A stretch of 44,385 bases of DNA from Octopus bimaculoides (taxonomy: Eukaryota). Location: positions 67,004,085 through 67,048,469 of the forward strand of contig NC_068986.1 in the NCBI RefSeq assembly GCF_001194135.2, in the 5' to 3' direction. Both the position numbers and the translations under genes were made by a program. Below are positions 1 to 11,737 of the stretch, one piece after another. The notes beneath the pieces were generated by a model. That model was not told the DNA's origin and made no database searches. It saw only the letters and a list, made by a program, of their open reading frames with translations. Position 1 is the first letter of the stretch. Each line of letters starts with the position of its first letter.

Positions 1-38
<38 letters not shown>

Positions 39-1283
39 GTATATATGTATATGTATATATATACACACACGCACACGCACACACATATATATTAATACAT
101 AGATACATACCTACATACATGTATATATACATCCATAAAGATATACATATTTACACATACACTCGAATAAATACAGACATGCACACATCTATTTAGATGT
201 GAGTGTATATATTAGTGTGTATGTATGTACGTATGTATGTATGCATGGATGTATGTGTGTGTGTTTAGTTATCAGTAACTAAAACTGTTCAATACATTCA
301 TATAACAGGAGTTGCATTTAAACTATAAATACGTTTTATGCATAATATTGATATTTTTATATACAAAATTTATATGAACCGTATCTTTTTTGACCAGAAT
401 TAATAATTAAGCTAACGAATTTTTATACTTTTTCGGATATAATTTGAATTAATTAATATTTCTTGGCTATTAACGTTCATAAATCAGTGTGTTCGTACTC
501 ATTTTACTACATCTGTTTCTCACTTTCTATCCTATCTTACTCTGCCTGTTTTTTTCTCTTTCTACCTCTCTCACGCATACACTCACATATACATAAACAT
601 ATATATCTTTAGATAAGGGATGCACAAGTTCTTCACAACATATTTCAACTCACCAAAAACCGAGGTATATTATGCGTGTTTTTTTTTCTCTGAGAATAAT
701 CGATAAATAATTAAAAATTAATTAGTGTTGTGAAGGAACTAGGACACAATGTAGGAATATGAAATATATCATAGAANNNNNNNNNNNNNNNNNNNNNNNN
801 NNNNNNNNNNNNNNNNNNNNNNNNNNNNNNNNNNNNNNNNNNNNNNNNNNNNNNNNNNNNNNNNNNNNNNNNNNNNNNNNNNNNNNNNNNNNNNNNNNNN
901 NNNNNNNNNNNNNNNNNNNNNNNNNNNNNNNNNNNNNNNNNNNNNNNNNNNNNNNNNNNNNNNNNNNNNNNNNNNNNNNNNNNNNNNNNNNNNNNNNNNN
1001 NNNNNNNNNNNNNNNNNNNNNNNNNNNNNNNNNNNNNNNNNNNNNNNNNNNNNNNNNNNNNNNNNNNNNNNNNNNNNNNNNNNNNNNNNNNNNNNNNNNN
1101 NNNNNNNNNNNNNNNNNNNNNNNNNNNNNNNNNNNNNNNNNNNTAATCAAAGCTTTGAATGTTTTTTTTTAAAAACTCATTGAAAGTGATGATTAAATAA
1201 TTAAAAATTATTAACCGAACAACAATGTGAAGAAAGTGAATAGAATGAAAATAATCTTACCAATATAATACATACACACATAC

Positions 1284-1314
<31 letters not shown>

Positions 1315-1364
1315 TTCATACATACATACACACATACATACATACATACATACATACATACATG

Positions 1365-2655
1365 ATGAGTGCCACTTCTTTACAGAAGAAGGCCATCTCA
1401 TCAATTAATAAATACTGTCATGGGATCTTATATGACGAGCAAGTCCTGCTCTTGATAAACAAACTCTACTGCAGATCTTACAAATATTTTAAAGCAGAAA
1501 AGTGTCTGGGATTGTAGTTAATTCCTGTCTACGAAGTGCTCAATTCAAGATAGATTGTTCAGTTCTTCGAGCTTCAAATGCTTTACATCTATTGTAGATC
1601 ATTCCTTTCCAAATCGATCGACCTTGCATCATCTGCTCCCACTCTTCAACTTTCACATTAAGAGCCTTAAGGTTGCTTTTGACAGCATCCCTAAAACGTT
1701 TCTTAGGTTTATGTGTCGGACGTGTGCCACGCTGCAACTCCCCGTAAAACAACAGCTTTGGCAACCAGTCATCCTAGCAAGGTATCCAACTCAACGCATC
1801 AGATTGCGTATAAGGATCATTTCAATACTGGATTTGTTAGCTTGCTGAAGAACAACGGTGTATGGTGTTAAAGACATCCATTTGATGTCTAGTATCCTTC
1901 TTAGGCAAGTCTGATAGAATATTTTAAAGCCTTGATATGGCACCGATATATTGTCCAAATCTCAGAAGAGTACAGGAAGATCGTTAAAATGCAAAATTCA
2001 TAGATACTAAGCTTGATTTCGAAGGTAATATCTCTATCAGACCACACATCATTTTCAAGCCTTCCAAATGCTTTACTGGCCTTTTCAATTCTCAGGTTTA
2101 TTTCAGAATCAAGGGATTCATCACTAGAGAGAGTGCTGCCAAGGTAGATGAACGAGTCAACCACATCTAATCTTGTATCCTGGACGAAAGTGTTAGTTTC
2201 CACATAGGGTTGGCCTGGTGGCTGAGAGAACATGATCTTTGTTTCCTTTAGACTGATGCTAAGTCCAAACGCAATACAAGCTATAGAGAAGAGATCCAAT
2301 ATAGCCTGCATTCCTCTTCGATGTGAGCAACGAGAACTACATCATCAGCATAAAGAGCTCTCAAACAAGGGCCTGGAATGTCTTCGATTTTGCATTAAAA
2401 CGTTTAACATTAAAGACCTTACCTGTAGTTCTGAAGTCAATATAGACGCCTATATCACAGTCTTGGAAAACGTGCAAGATAGTTACAGCAAAATATATGG
2501 AAAAAAGTATTGGAGCAGGAATATCACCTTGTTTAACTTCGTTATTGATGGAATTTGTTTCAGATAGTGACTTATTGAAGTTAAGACGAGCTTTCATATC
2601 ATTATGAAGTTGCCTAAAAAAGGTAGACAAATTGAGGTGGACATGCCTGTGTATG
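1365..2655 (-). mobile_element. RTE-clade LINE, 5'-truncated and frameshifted (RT C-terminal half plus C2H2 zinc finger)
   Basis: Minus-strand translation gives EVKQGDIPAPILFSIYF, RELLYADD (across a frameshift, ~2340-2362), FIYLGSTLS..SLDSEINLRIEKASKAFGRL, MPKLLFYGELQRGTRP..KPKKRFRD and a terminal CKICSRVCLSRAGLARHIRSH (~1415-1480). A (TGTA)n tract follows the 3' end. Confidence 0.92.
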
Positions 2656-2667
2656 AGTGTGCGTTTG

Positions 2668-2776
2668 CATGTATATATGGGTTCGCTTCTTATGTAGTCT
2701 GTATCCATGTCCTTTATATAGATTTACCTTTTTATCTATCTCTATTTCTTATAGTTATCACAGATATGTGACAAAT
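2668..2776 (-). repeat. Left arm of a ~110-bp diverged inverted repeat (partner 4513-4625)
   Basis: Its reverse complement ATTTGTCACATATCTG..TATAAGAAATAGAGA..AAATCTATATAA..CATGGATACA..ACATAAGAAGCGA aligns by eye to 4513-4625. Confidence 0.75.
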
Positions 2777-2778
2777 CA

Positions 2779-2862
<84 letters not shown>

Positions 2863-2913
2863 CTGNNNNNNNNNNNNNNNNNNNNNNNNNNNNNNNNNNN
2901 ATGTGACAAATCA

Positions 2914-2997
<84 letters not shown>

Positions 2998-3244
2998 CTG
3001 TTTATATGTATAACAAGTATGTGCGTATATCTCTATTGTGTGTGTATTACCCTGTTTGTATTTGTTATTTATTTATTATTTTTTCTTCTCCCCCTTCACC
3101 TTCCTTCTGTCTTTAGTCATGTGGTGTGGTGTAGTTGTGGGTGTGATTATTCCATTCGTGCTTTCTATTGTGGCTCGCTCTGTCTATTTCTATATTTATA
3201 GCCTCTGTCTAAGTGTCTATGCTATTAATCGAGCCTCCATGTTC

Positions 3245-4500
3245 AGCTTGAGCATGTTGGTAGAGCACTGACGAGAGTTACTGTTCTTTAAGCTCTCGCC
3301 AATGTGCACCTACACGCCCGAATGTAAGTAGTTGTCATGTTTCTGCACCGTCCGTCAACACATCGTAAGCTATACACTATATTCCTAACCTTAAAGTTAA
3401 CGTGTGGGTTCATCCTATATACAACACAATTATTCTTCGTACATGGGGACTTATCAAAGGGATACGTTCCACAGATCAGGGATTTTATTGGAGCACCAGG
3501 TCTCTATACTACTTCAATCCGTAGACTAGCCTCACTTGTTTTTTTTAAAGGGTATGCTAGTTCGTCGCCAAAGGTAACATCGACGAACATGACGCTGTGG
3601 TAATTTTTGTTGTCATACCAAGAATTGGCTTTATCTATCTTATTACTTGTCCCTACTGTGCTGTTCCAGGATTTATTCCTGTACAGCGGGCAGATCTTCT
3701 TAGTATCACTCTCTAAACTTGTCCCTTTGATTGTAGCCAGATAACTGCATGCGGTGGTTGAAGTGCTGTATAAGAATGTTGAACTTGGCGTTGTCCGCAA
3801 TAGCTGTGTTCTTGTGAGCAAGGTACTTAGAGGTCATGGGTTTGGCATAATGAGACTGAAACTCTTCGTTTCTAATCAGAGTTCTGTGGTAACCTATAGT
3901 TAGGGTGCTTACTAGGGTAATCTATCGTTATTTCAGTACTCTGGTGGATGGAGTTAGCTACTTGCTGGATGCTCTCCATAGTGTTAGCCTCTAGATCATG
4001 AACATTGTCTAGTAGGGGTGCTTTGGCTACTATCCACATAGCGGGAGTACATGGTTAGGTTTATGAAGTTCTCTGCTAATTTCTCTTTGAGTTTCCTATC
4101 CCACCACACTATAAATAGGTTATCCACATAGCCAGCGACACTAACAGCGATGGCTGCACCTTCCTCTTGAGCGTATATCTTGTTATTAAATTTACATATA
4201 TGGCCCTTGAGTGTGGTCTTTGTACTCGCATCCTCCGCATGTGCGACCATCTTTTTAACCTGATCCTTGTTTACTGGGGTCAGTATAGCTCTGGTCCACC
4301 CGTTCCATCTCTCTTTAGGGGTCTTCTTGTCCATAGAAGTTATGGTAGGGGGTCTACCTCTTATCGATCTAGTGGAGCAGAAACAACTAAGGTCATGTCT
4401 GTCTAAGTAATTATTGTCGTATGTCAGTCTCAGGAGGAGGCCTAGTTTTTCTGGGTCAACACCACGAAACTCCACATCACTTTCGTGATCACCTCCACAA
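3245..4500 (-). mobile_element. Penelope-like element, 5'-truncated: RT, Cys-rich linker and degenerate GIY-YIG
   Basis: RT motifs KFNNKIYAQEEGAAIAVSVAG and MYSRYVD. Further on: CPLYRNKSW, HSVMFVDVTFGDELA, ERPGAPIKSLI, SPCTKNNCVV, NIVYSLRCVDGRC..TTYI(R). Stops and frameshifts are present. Confidence 0.88.
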
Positions 4501-4512
4501 ATAAATAAATAT

Positions 4513-4625
4513 ATTTGTCACATACCTGTTATAAATATAAGAAATAGAGACAGTTAAAAAGAAAATAAATAAATCTATATAATGAGCATGGATACAAACA
4601 ACATAAGAAGCGATCCGATATACAC
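4513..4625 (+). repeat. Right arm of the inverted repeat, next to the 5' truncation point of the PLE (candidate inverted pseudo-LTR)
   Basis: Matches the reverse complement of 2668-2776 and starts ~13 bp after the end of the PLE coding homology. Confidence 0.7.
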
Positions 4626-5051
4626 ACACAATAACTTCACAGACGCCCGCAACAGTTCCAACAACATAACTAACAACGGCAGCAGCAGCGGTGATGAAAA
4701 TGATGGCAATAACACTACCACCACCACCAACAACAACAACAACTACGATGATGGCAACATCATGAGTAAACATACAAACCTAGCGAGATACAGGAACTGT
4801 ACCAAATGTTCGGGTCCTATGACAGCAGCAGCGACAATGGGGGGAGAGGATGGAGCTGAGGGGAAGGCCATACTGCTATTAAGAACAATGACACAAACAC
4901 AGGCATACTCGCATACAGGCACACACTCTACACGCACAACACACATGCACACACACACACAGACGCAAAGGCATGCACACAAAAAGATACACACATCATA
5001 GAACAGCTAGAATGAAGAAAGTGAAGCAAGAGCACACACGAAGACGAAAAG

Positions 5052-5096
5052 TGTCGCTGAAGAGGTTACAGAGGTGTGACAAAAGATTTCCGGACA
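5052..5096 (+). ncRNA. Degenerate hammerhead-like motif (probably inactive)
   Basis: TGTCG-CTGAAGA-G-GTTACA-gagg-TGTGAC-AAAA-GATTTC-CGGACA. The core CUGANGA, stem II and near-complementary stem I are present, but GAAA reads AAAA. Confidence 0.4.
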
Positions 5097-5387
5097 ATGG
5101 ACATAAGTTAGAATTAGAACAGTAATAAACGAGTGAAGAACAAGTATATTAGTGCGTGTGTGTATTTGGCAAAAAAAAAAAAAAATGACCGTCCCGAAAT
5201 ACATTAAAATCTGTTTCAACACACGATTTTACACCAGGAGTCTTGAACAGATATACTTTCTATATCTTATAGTCGACTCCCTCACTCTTTGTTGCTATTT
5301 ATCTTAGTTTCTCTATTTATAAAGCGCTTTGCAGAATACTTCGGTTTCTTTATTTACTTTTAGTAGTGAGTTACTTTTGCTTAATAA

Positions 5388-5498
<111 letters not shown>

Positions 5499-5559
5499 GC
5501 CATGTATCTTTTCTCTTTCTCTTTCTTTAATTTTCTTTCTCGTTCTCCTTTCTTTTCAC

Positions 5560-5967
5560 GCCATATTCAAGAAATCTGCTACCGGCACTTGCACAATAGC
5601 AAGTAAAATTACTGGCGTCGATACAGACCATACTTTGCTAATACATATCATACTTTCCCATATCGACCAACATCCATACAATACAGATTTGCCCTTTGTT
5701 TTAAGATGGCGTCCATTTCCTACCGAACTTAAAATCGCCATTTCCATAAAGAAAATTCAAGAGCAAAGTTCATCGGAATGTGATATTTATGTCTCAACTC
5801 CGGTGTTGATACACAACCATTTCTGTATTGCTCTCAATAAAATTGGAGATCCTTCGAATGTGAAGAGTTTTCTTATCAATTTGCTACACCAAGAGAATAT
5901 CGTTAGGTATTTTAAACATGAAAATGTTAGATTCACGAAAAATGATGCTCACACAGATATTGTTTGA
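5560..5967 (+). mobile_element. Helitron PIF1-like helicase C-terminal remnant
   Basis: ITG..TLLIHIILS..DLPFVLRWRPFPTELKIAISIKKIQEQS..IYVSTPVLIHNHFCIALNK..FTKN matches, in degenerate form, the Helitron consensus LIPRI.L..PF.L.RRQFP.RLAFAMTINKSQGQ..PVF.HGQLYVALSR..TKN.V. Confidence 0.8.
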
Positions 5968-6256
5968 TTGTAAAAATTTCCTGTCTGCGGAAAGTTGTAT
6001 ATAAAAAGAAAAGCAAATAAAAACTAATATGCATTTTTTGCTATTAAGTATTACTTTTATTTCAACATTGTCTTGCCTTCCTTTTACTTCTTTCTTTCTT
6101 GTGTGAAGCAAAATATCAAATATTCCGTGCATAAAGCAATGAGGCCCAAAGTAGTACATATATATACATACACACATACACACATGTATATATANNNNNN
6201 NNNNNNNNNNNNNNNNNNNNNNNNNNNNNNNNNNNNNNNNNNNNNNNNTATATACA

Positions 6257-6293
<37 letters not shown>

Positions 6294-6304
6294 GTATATA
6301 AATA

Positions 6305-6378
<74 letters not shown>

Positions 6379-6534
6379 AGTGTGTGTGTTTGTTTGTGTC
6401 TGTGTGTTTTTGCGTGTGTATGTATGTATGTGTGTGTGTGTGTCTGTGTGTGTGTGTTTGCGTGTAAACAATATCTCAAAGTTTTTAATGGGCGTTAAAA
6501 ATACGTAAGACATATTAGGACTCATAATCAGTAG

Positions 6535-6615
6535 CATATGTTCTATCTGAGTACCGAACCTGGTAGAATTAGCAGTAAATGGAGGTATCTTCCTCAAATA
6601 TCATCCAACTGTTTT
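6535..6615. repeat. Fragment of a dispersed repeat, probably a second SINE-like family (related copy at 39400-39545)
   Basis: GGTAGAATTAGCAGTAAA..ATCTTCCTCAAATATCATCC resembles AGCTAGAAACAGTAGCCAAATCTTCTTCAAATCACACC at ~39425. Confidence 0.35.
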
Positions 6616-6959
6616 CTAAAGGGCGGGGAACTCAATGTATAACGTAGTTATAAATTATACGATGGCCGAGAGAAAGACGTAAGAATCAAGGTACAGTACT
6701 GCACACATTTGTCTGCTACACATGAAGAATGCTTTGTTGGTCTCAGGTGATAAAACATTTGCTGGCATTACTAAATCTGTACTAGTGTTTTCTAAGAAGG
6801 CGCGATATAGATGATATTGAAGGGGTTGCTGTTAGCAACTGAATTCATCAGATTTGAGACGAAGTTTTTAGCAATTATCGTCATTAGATTTGGTGTATGA
6901 AGCCCTTGAATTGTATTTGAACAAATATCTGCGGAATCGTCGATAATTTAAAGCAAACA

Positions 6960-7800
6960 ACACCATATGAGGACAGACATATATTTTAATCATGATTTTC
7001 CTGTTTGATGCAGCAAGGAACTTCCCTCGACTGCGTTTTTGCTGATAGCGCAATCATTATTAACTGTGTACACATTAGAGTCATTATTTCAGTTGCAGAA
7101 TCAACAGGTTATCTCTGAAGGAGTAACAGATAACCTGAGAGGCTGACAGCCAACTTCGTTGCTCCAGCGAATTCTTCATCGAATATATAAAAGCTAAGTT
7201 AACATATAAAGAAATACCTAGGTTTTTTTCTTCCTGTAAAGCAATATTTAGAAATAGACAGAGTCGCAGCAAATATAACTAGTGTCCCATGTCCTATGAA
7301 TATTAAAAATTGTATAAACCAATCCAACACTGGATTTGCTTATGATGTGTCCGGTAATTTATCCTTAATACATTTTGTAAAATGCAGATATAAAAAATCT
7401 CACTCCTGGAATTTTGCTCAGTCACTGGATGTCCTTAAGAGTTTTGAAAGAGACGCATTTTCAAGTGAGCCTTAGAACGTCTTCTTCTTGGCCCGTTAAT
7501 ATAAGGTTTGGTCCTAGAAAGGATCTTCCATTTGGTGTTGTAGCTGACGTTCTCGTCCTTAAGTTTCCAGTTTAATGCCGAGAGAGTAATTGTATGTTTC
7601 TTCTCGGGGTGTCTAAAGATTAAAAGAAGGTTGTAAAATCTGCATATAAATTTTCCTTCCACAGCTCCAATATAACGCTTGGTCTTCGTCCGGCCGCTGG
7701 TTACATTTACTGTGATGTTAATAATGTCCACAATGTTTCTCTCTGTCTTTTTCGAAATGCACATGTTCTTCAAACGTCGATTGCATCGAACCCAGTTACT
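6960..7800 (-). mobile_element. PLE 3' fragment (GIY-YIG plus 3' UTR), inverted relative to the 8340-10310 copy
   Basis: ORF 7435-7773: NIVD..KRYIGAVEGKFICRFYN..FRHPEKKHTITLSAL.WKLKDENVSYNTKWKILSRTKPYING. The nucleotide sequence aligns by eye to 9690-10130. Confidence 0.88.
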
Positions 7801-8339
7801 AAACCGTCTGACAAATGGCGAAATTAATATTTCGGCCAGGAACGTTTGGTAGCTGTATTTCTCAAGACATGTGAATTCATTACAATAATATCTATATTCT
7901 CTTAACTGATCGACTGATCGAGTGCTATACTACTTGCTGAAACCATTCCACACAGTTTATTGCTACTGTACTGGTTTAACCATTGCAGATTTTTCTTAAG
8001 ATTGGCAAAGCTTAGCCAGTACTGTTGAGCGCTCTACAATGCAAGTATTCAACTTTATGATGAATTTTTTTTCGCATAAATTACTCTGCTAGGAACATTC
8101 TTATACAAACCTAACCACTTTTACATGAGGATGTTCATAGAAAAAACAGAGCACTTTGTTAAACGCTAGCAATAGAGGGCCTTAAAATTTGATGGCGAGT
8201 TACCTATAGCATTTATTGAGTGTTTTGATATAAAATCTCGAAAATTTCACCCATATGTCAATGACTCTGTCCCTTTCAAGACCGATTTGCGGCACCTTAT
8301 TTTCACCATTGAATTTAGTAAGTACCCTTACTCTAACCA

Positions 8340-10310
8340 GATACAATGTAAGTTACTAAAGATATACGTCTATTTAAGAACTCTTAGAGTAAGCATATAT
8401 TTTCGGATGAGGCAGATAGGGATATGCATAATAAATTATTAAACAATTAATAGCATTACAGATAAACACCAAAAGTCCAATGTAGATATTTACAACACTA
8501 TTGACACGGAAGGTAAAGCCCTCGCAAAAATGTTTATTATAGATAAAAGAACTGCATGTGTGACTAAGAGAGGGGTTCTCATCATACAGAACCTGACTTT
8601 TAGAATCGACCAAAATACAGACTATGGCGTAAATAGGTTTAGCAAATAAGAGAATTTTAAAGAATATTAATAAAATTAAGGAATCGTGTTACTGTGGACC
8701 AATAGTTTCCGTGTGATATTTTGGTTCAAATAAATCCTCAATAAAAGTAAAGCAAAATTCAGTTTGATATTATGGATTTCTACCGGTTGATTTCTGAATC
8801 ACTGTTGTGTGTCTTCATTGGAGATTGCACGTGAGTTTGTAACCAGCGATGAATATGAAATAAACCTCATTATGCACTCACGTAATACACTGTTATTTAG
8901 TGGCGGATCTATCTGAATAAAGAAATAACGTTTGTGAACTATTCGATATGCCAATGAGTTCATTCGATAGCACAAATATATGCGATTTGGTTGTTTATAC
9001 ATACTAAACCAGCTAAATTGGAAATTCCCCATCTCCAACATAGGTATATAACAGGACGATGCGTTGGCGGGGGTGTCAAATAATTGCCATTCTCTTAGGA
9101 AACATGAGATTTCAACCTTTAGTTCTTTAAGGCTTAGAATTTCTATTGACACTAACCTAAGTAGGACTGGCTTTTTAGATCTCAAAATTAATTCCTCTGC
9201 ATCCTTCCATAAGCCCATAATCTAGAATATTTTAAAATGCACCCTTGCCAACTATGTTATATTTAGGAACTTAATTCAGAACAATAGTCGTAGAATTACT
9301 TGTTATTCTTCACTTACAGAAATATTTGAAAATACATCCCCATATTATATGGCTTTACAGGATAGCGGCTATAACCCTCCACCTCCTCAACCATCTAGTC
9401 GTAAGAATAGTCCCTCTCAATATTTTATGGCCCCACCCTTCTTCCTAAATATTAGAACAAATATGGGCAGAAGATTCTTACACTAATTAAATAATCACTT
9501 TCTAAGAAATCCTAAGTATAAATAAATATTTGATAAGCGCACTAAAATCACAAATTCATGCCCCACCTAATGTAAAGGCCTATATCAATAAACAACCAAT
9601 GGCTGAGACATGTCCTGGATGCACATGCCCACCTAAATCTAAATGGCCTCTTGGGCATATATCTCCGTTCTTTATGAAGTACAGGTATCAGCGAACTATG
9701 GCAACGGCCGGACAGGGACCACGCGCTTTATTTGATCTGTGGAAAGTAAATTTAAATCCAGATACAACAACCATCTTTCAGCCTTTAGACGTCCTGAGAA
9801 GAGACAAGCAACAATCCTTGCGGCATTAATCTAGAAACTTATGCACGAATATATCAACTGCAACATCAAGTGGAAGATCCTTTCTGAGGCCAAACCATAT
9901 ATTATCGGGTCTACAAGAAGTTCCCTATACTCGTATGAGAATTATAACTTTAAAAATACTTAAGAATCACCAGTTACTGTGTAAATACGAAAAGTGAGAT
10001 TTTTTCTTGATTGATATCCATGTTTTACAAAATACATCTTTGTGGAAATTAAAGATTAACCACTGGATATATCCCAAACCATTCCAGTTTTGGTTTATGC
10101 ATTGTTTGGTATTAGTAAGGCACTGGTTATATTTACAGTGAAGTTAATCACCCATCCTCTGTATTTCTCCCCTCTTTTCCTATATGTACGTGCTCATTCA
10201 AACGTCGATGGTATCGAACGCTGTTACTAGACCATCTTGTTTTTACCAGCCTGATAAATTGTGAAATAAATTAATATTTCATTCAGGAAATCATGAGAAG
10301 CTATATTTCA
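8340..10310 (+). mobile_element. Penelope-like element, long decayed copy (RT, thumb, GIY-YIG, 3' UTR)
   Basis: Plus-strand translation with stops and frameshifts: NRPKYRL, WTNSFRVIFWFK, FDIMDFY (motif A, ~8764), PMSSFDS..ICDL (motif B'), I*QDDALA (motif C), APPFFLNIRTNMGRRFL, CTCP.K, FKSRYNNHLSAFRRPEKRQATIL, IKWKILSEAKPY. Confidence 0.85.
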
Positions 10311-10554
10311 CAATGCTTTTTCTGGTTTTGTATTATGTGTGTGTGTGTGTGTGCGTGTGTGTGTGAGTGTGTGTGTGTGTGTGTGTGCGTGTGCGTGCGT
10401 ACGTGTAAATACTTTTGATGGGTATTTCTAACGATCAAAAATCGGTGTTTACAAATGTATTATTGTTTTATACAGATACACACAGACATATGCACTCAGA
10501 CACACACTCACAGACACATACACAGATCTATCTATTTATATATATATTATATAC

Positions 10555-10636
10555 AGAGTGAGAGAGACAGAGCGACGGTGTGAAAGAGAGTTAGATAGAT
10601 AGAGATAGATAGATTGTGAGCGAGAACGAGAAAGAA

Positions 10637-10671
<35 letters not shown>

Positions 10672-10763
10672 AAGAGAGAGAAAGAGAGAGAAAGAGAGAA
10701 ATTGAGAGAGAGAGAGAGAGGGAGAGAGAGAGAGATAGAGAGAGAGAGAAATAGAGAAAGAGA

Positions 10764-10846
<83 letters not shown>
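10555..10846. repeat. (AG)n-rich microsatellite
   Basis: Direct reading of the sequence. Confidence 0.95.
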
Positions 10847-10850
<4 letters not shown>

Positions 10851-11696
10851 ATGTTCTCCAATCATGCTTTTCCTGCAGGCTTAACCTACAGATGTTCAGA
10901 CTGAATATCAGCCACATCAATGTCATCAATCTCGGAAAATTTCCAAAGATCATGGCTACAGTCCCTTACTCCTGCTCCACTGACTGACTGATAAAAAATA
11001 TGTATGTATGTATGCATGTATGCATGTATGTATGTATGTATGTATGTATGTATGCATGAGTGTATATATGTAACCATGAATATAATTTCTTTGTCAGCAT
11101 GTAAAACTCAATGGTTGCAGAAAGAATCATTCTGGCAACTACTGTTACTTAGTGATTGTAGTTCAGATAGGGCAAGACCTTAGAAACACCATGAAGAAGA
11201 AATAATGTAATTTTCCCTGTCTGGCAAAGCATCAAAAATGCCTTTATGCATTTTTCTATTTTAATGTAAAAATGACAATTATTGATACGAAAGAATTTAT
11301 TGAGTTTTCATATCAATAAATTATATTTTGTCTCAGTCATTTATGAAAAATCTCTGAATCTCTCTGGGTTGAGAGTAAATAAGTTTTGTAAGAAAATGTA
11401 TCTATTGATCCTGGTTGATTTCAGGAAGTGAAATCGCTAGAGAAAGTTTGAAAGTAGAACTATACGAAGTTGTATATATTCAGCTAAATATTGTCTGAAA
11501 CATTGACAATAACACTATATAAAGAAATAATGTATAGAATATATAATAAATAGTCACCAACAAAGAGGTCGAACAAATACAGGTATAAAGGAGAAAACTT
11601 TGAAGCAAAAATAAACATAAATAGGAAATATCACTCTGTCCAATACATGTGCGCCTACATACAATACGCATACACACATGCACACGCAAACATACG

Positions 11697-11737
<41 letters not shown>

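Noticed and set aside
2765-3000. Apparent ~100-bp direct duplication (ATGTGACAAATCAA-(TATC)n-(TGTC)n) on both sides of a 35-N gap
   Set aside because: Near-identical sequence on both sides of a gap is typical of an unmerged contig overlap.
7105-7137. 10-bp hairpin CAGGTTATCT/AGATAACCTG with CTGAAGGA in the loop
   Set aside because: There is no GAAA or NUH arrangement, so it is not a hammerhead. It is probably PLE UTR structure.
8799-9218. 139-aa minus-strand ORF
   Set aside because: It is the antisense shadow of the decayed plus-strand PLE RT. The ORFs at 1555-1848 and 2232-2567 similarly shadow the RTE.
10863-10990. Good-looking acceptor (TTTTCCTGCAG) followed by non-repetitive sequence
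   Set aside because: No recognisable protein motif, no convincing in-frame donor, and no partner exons.
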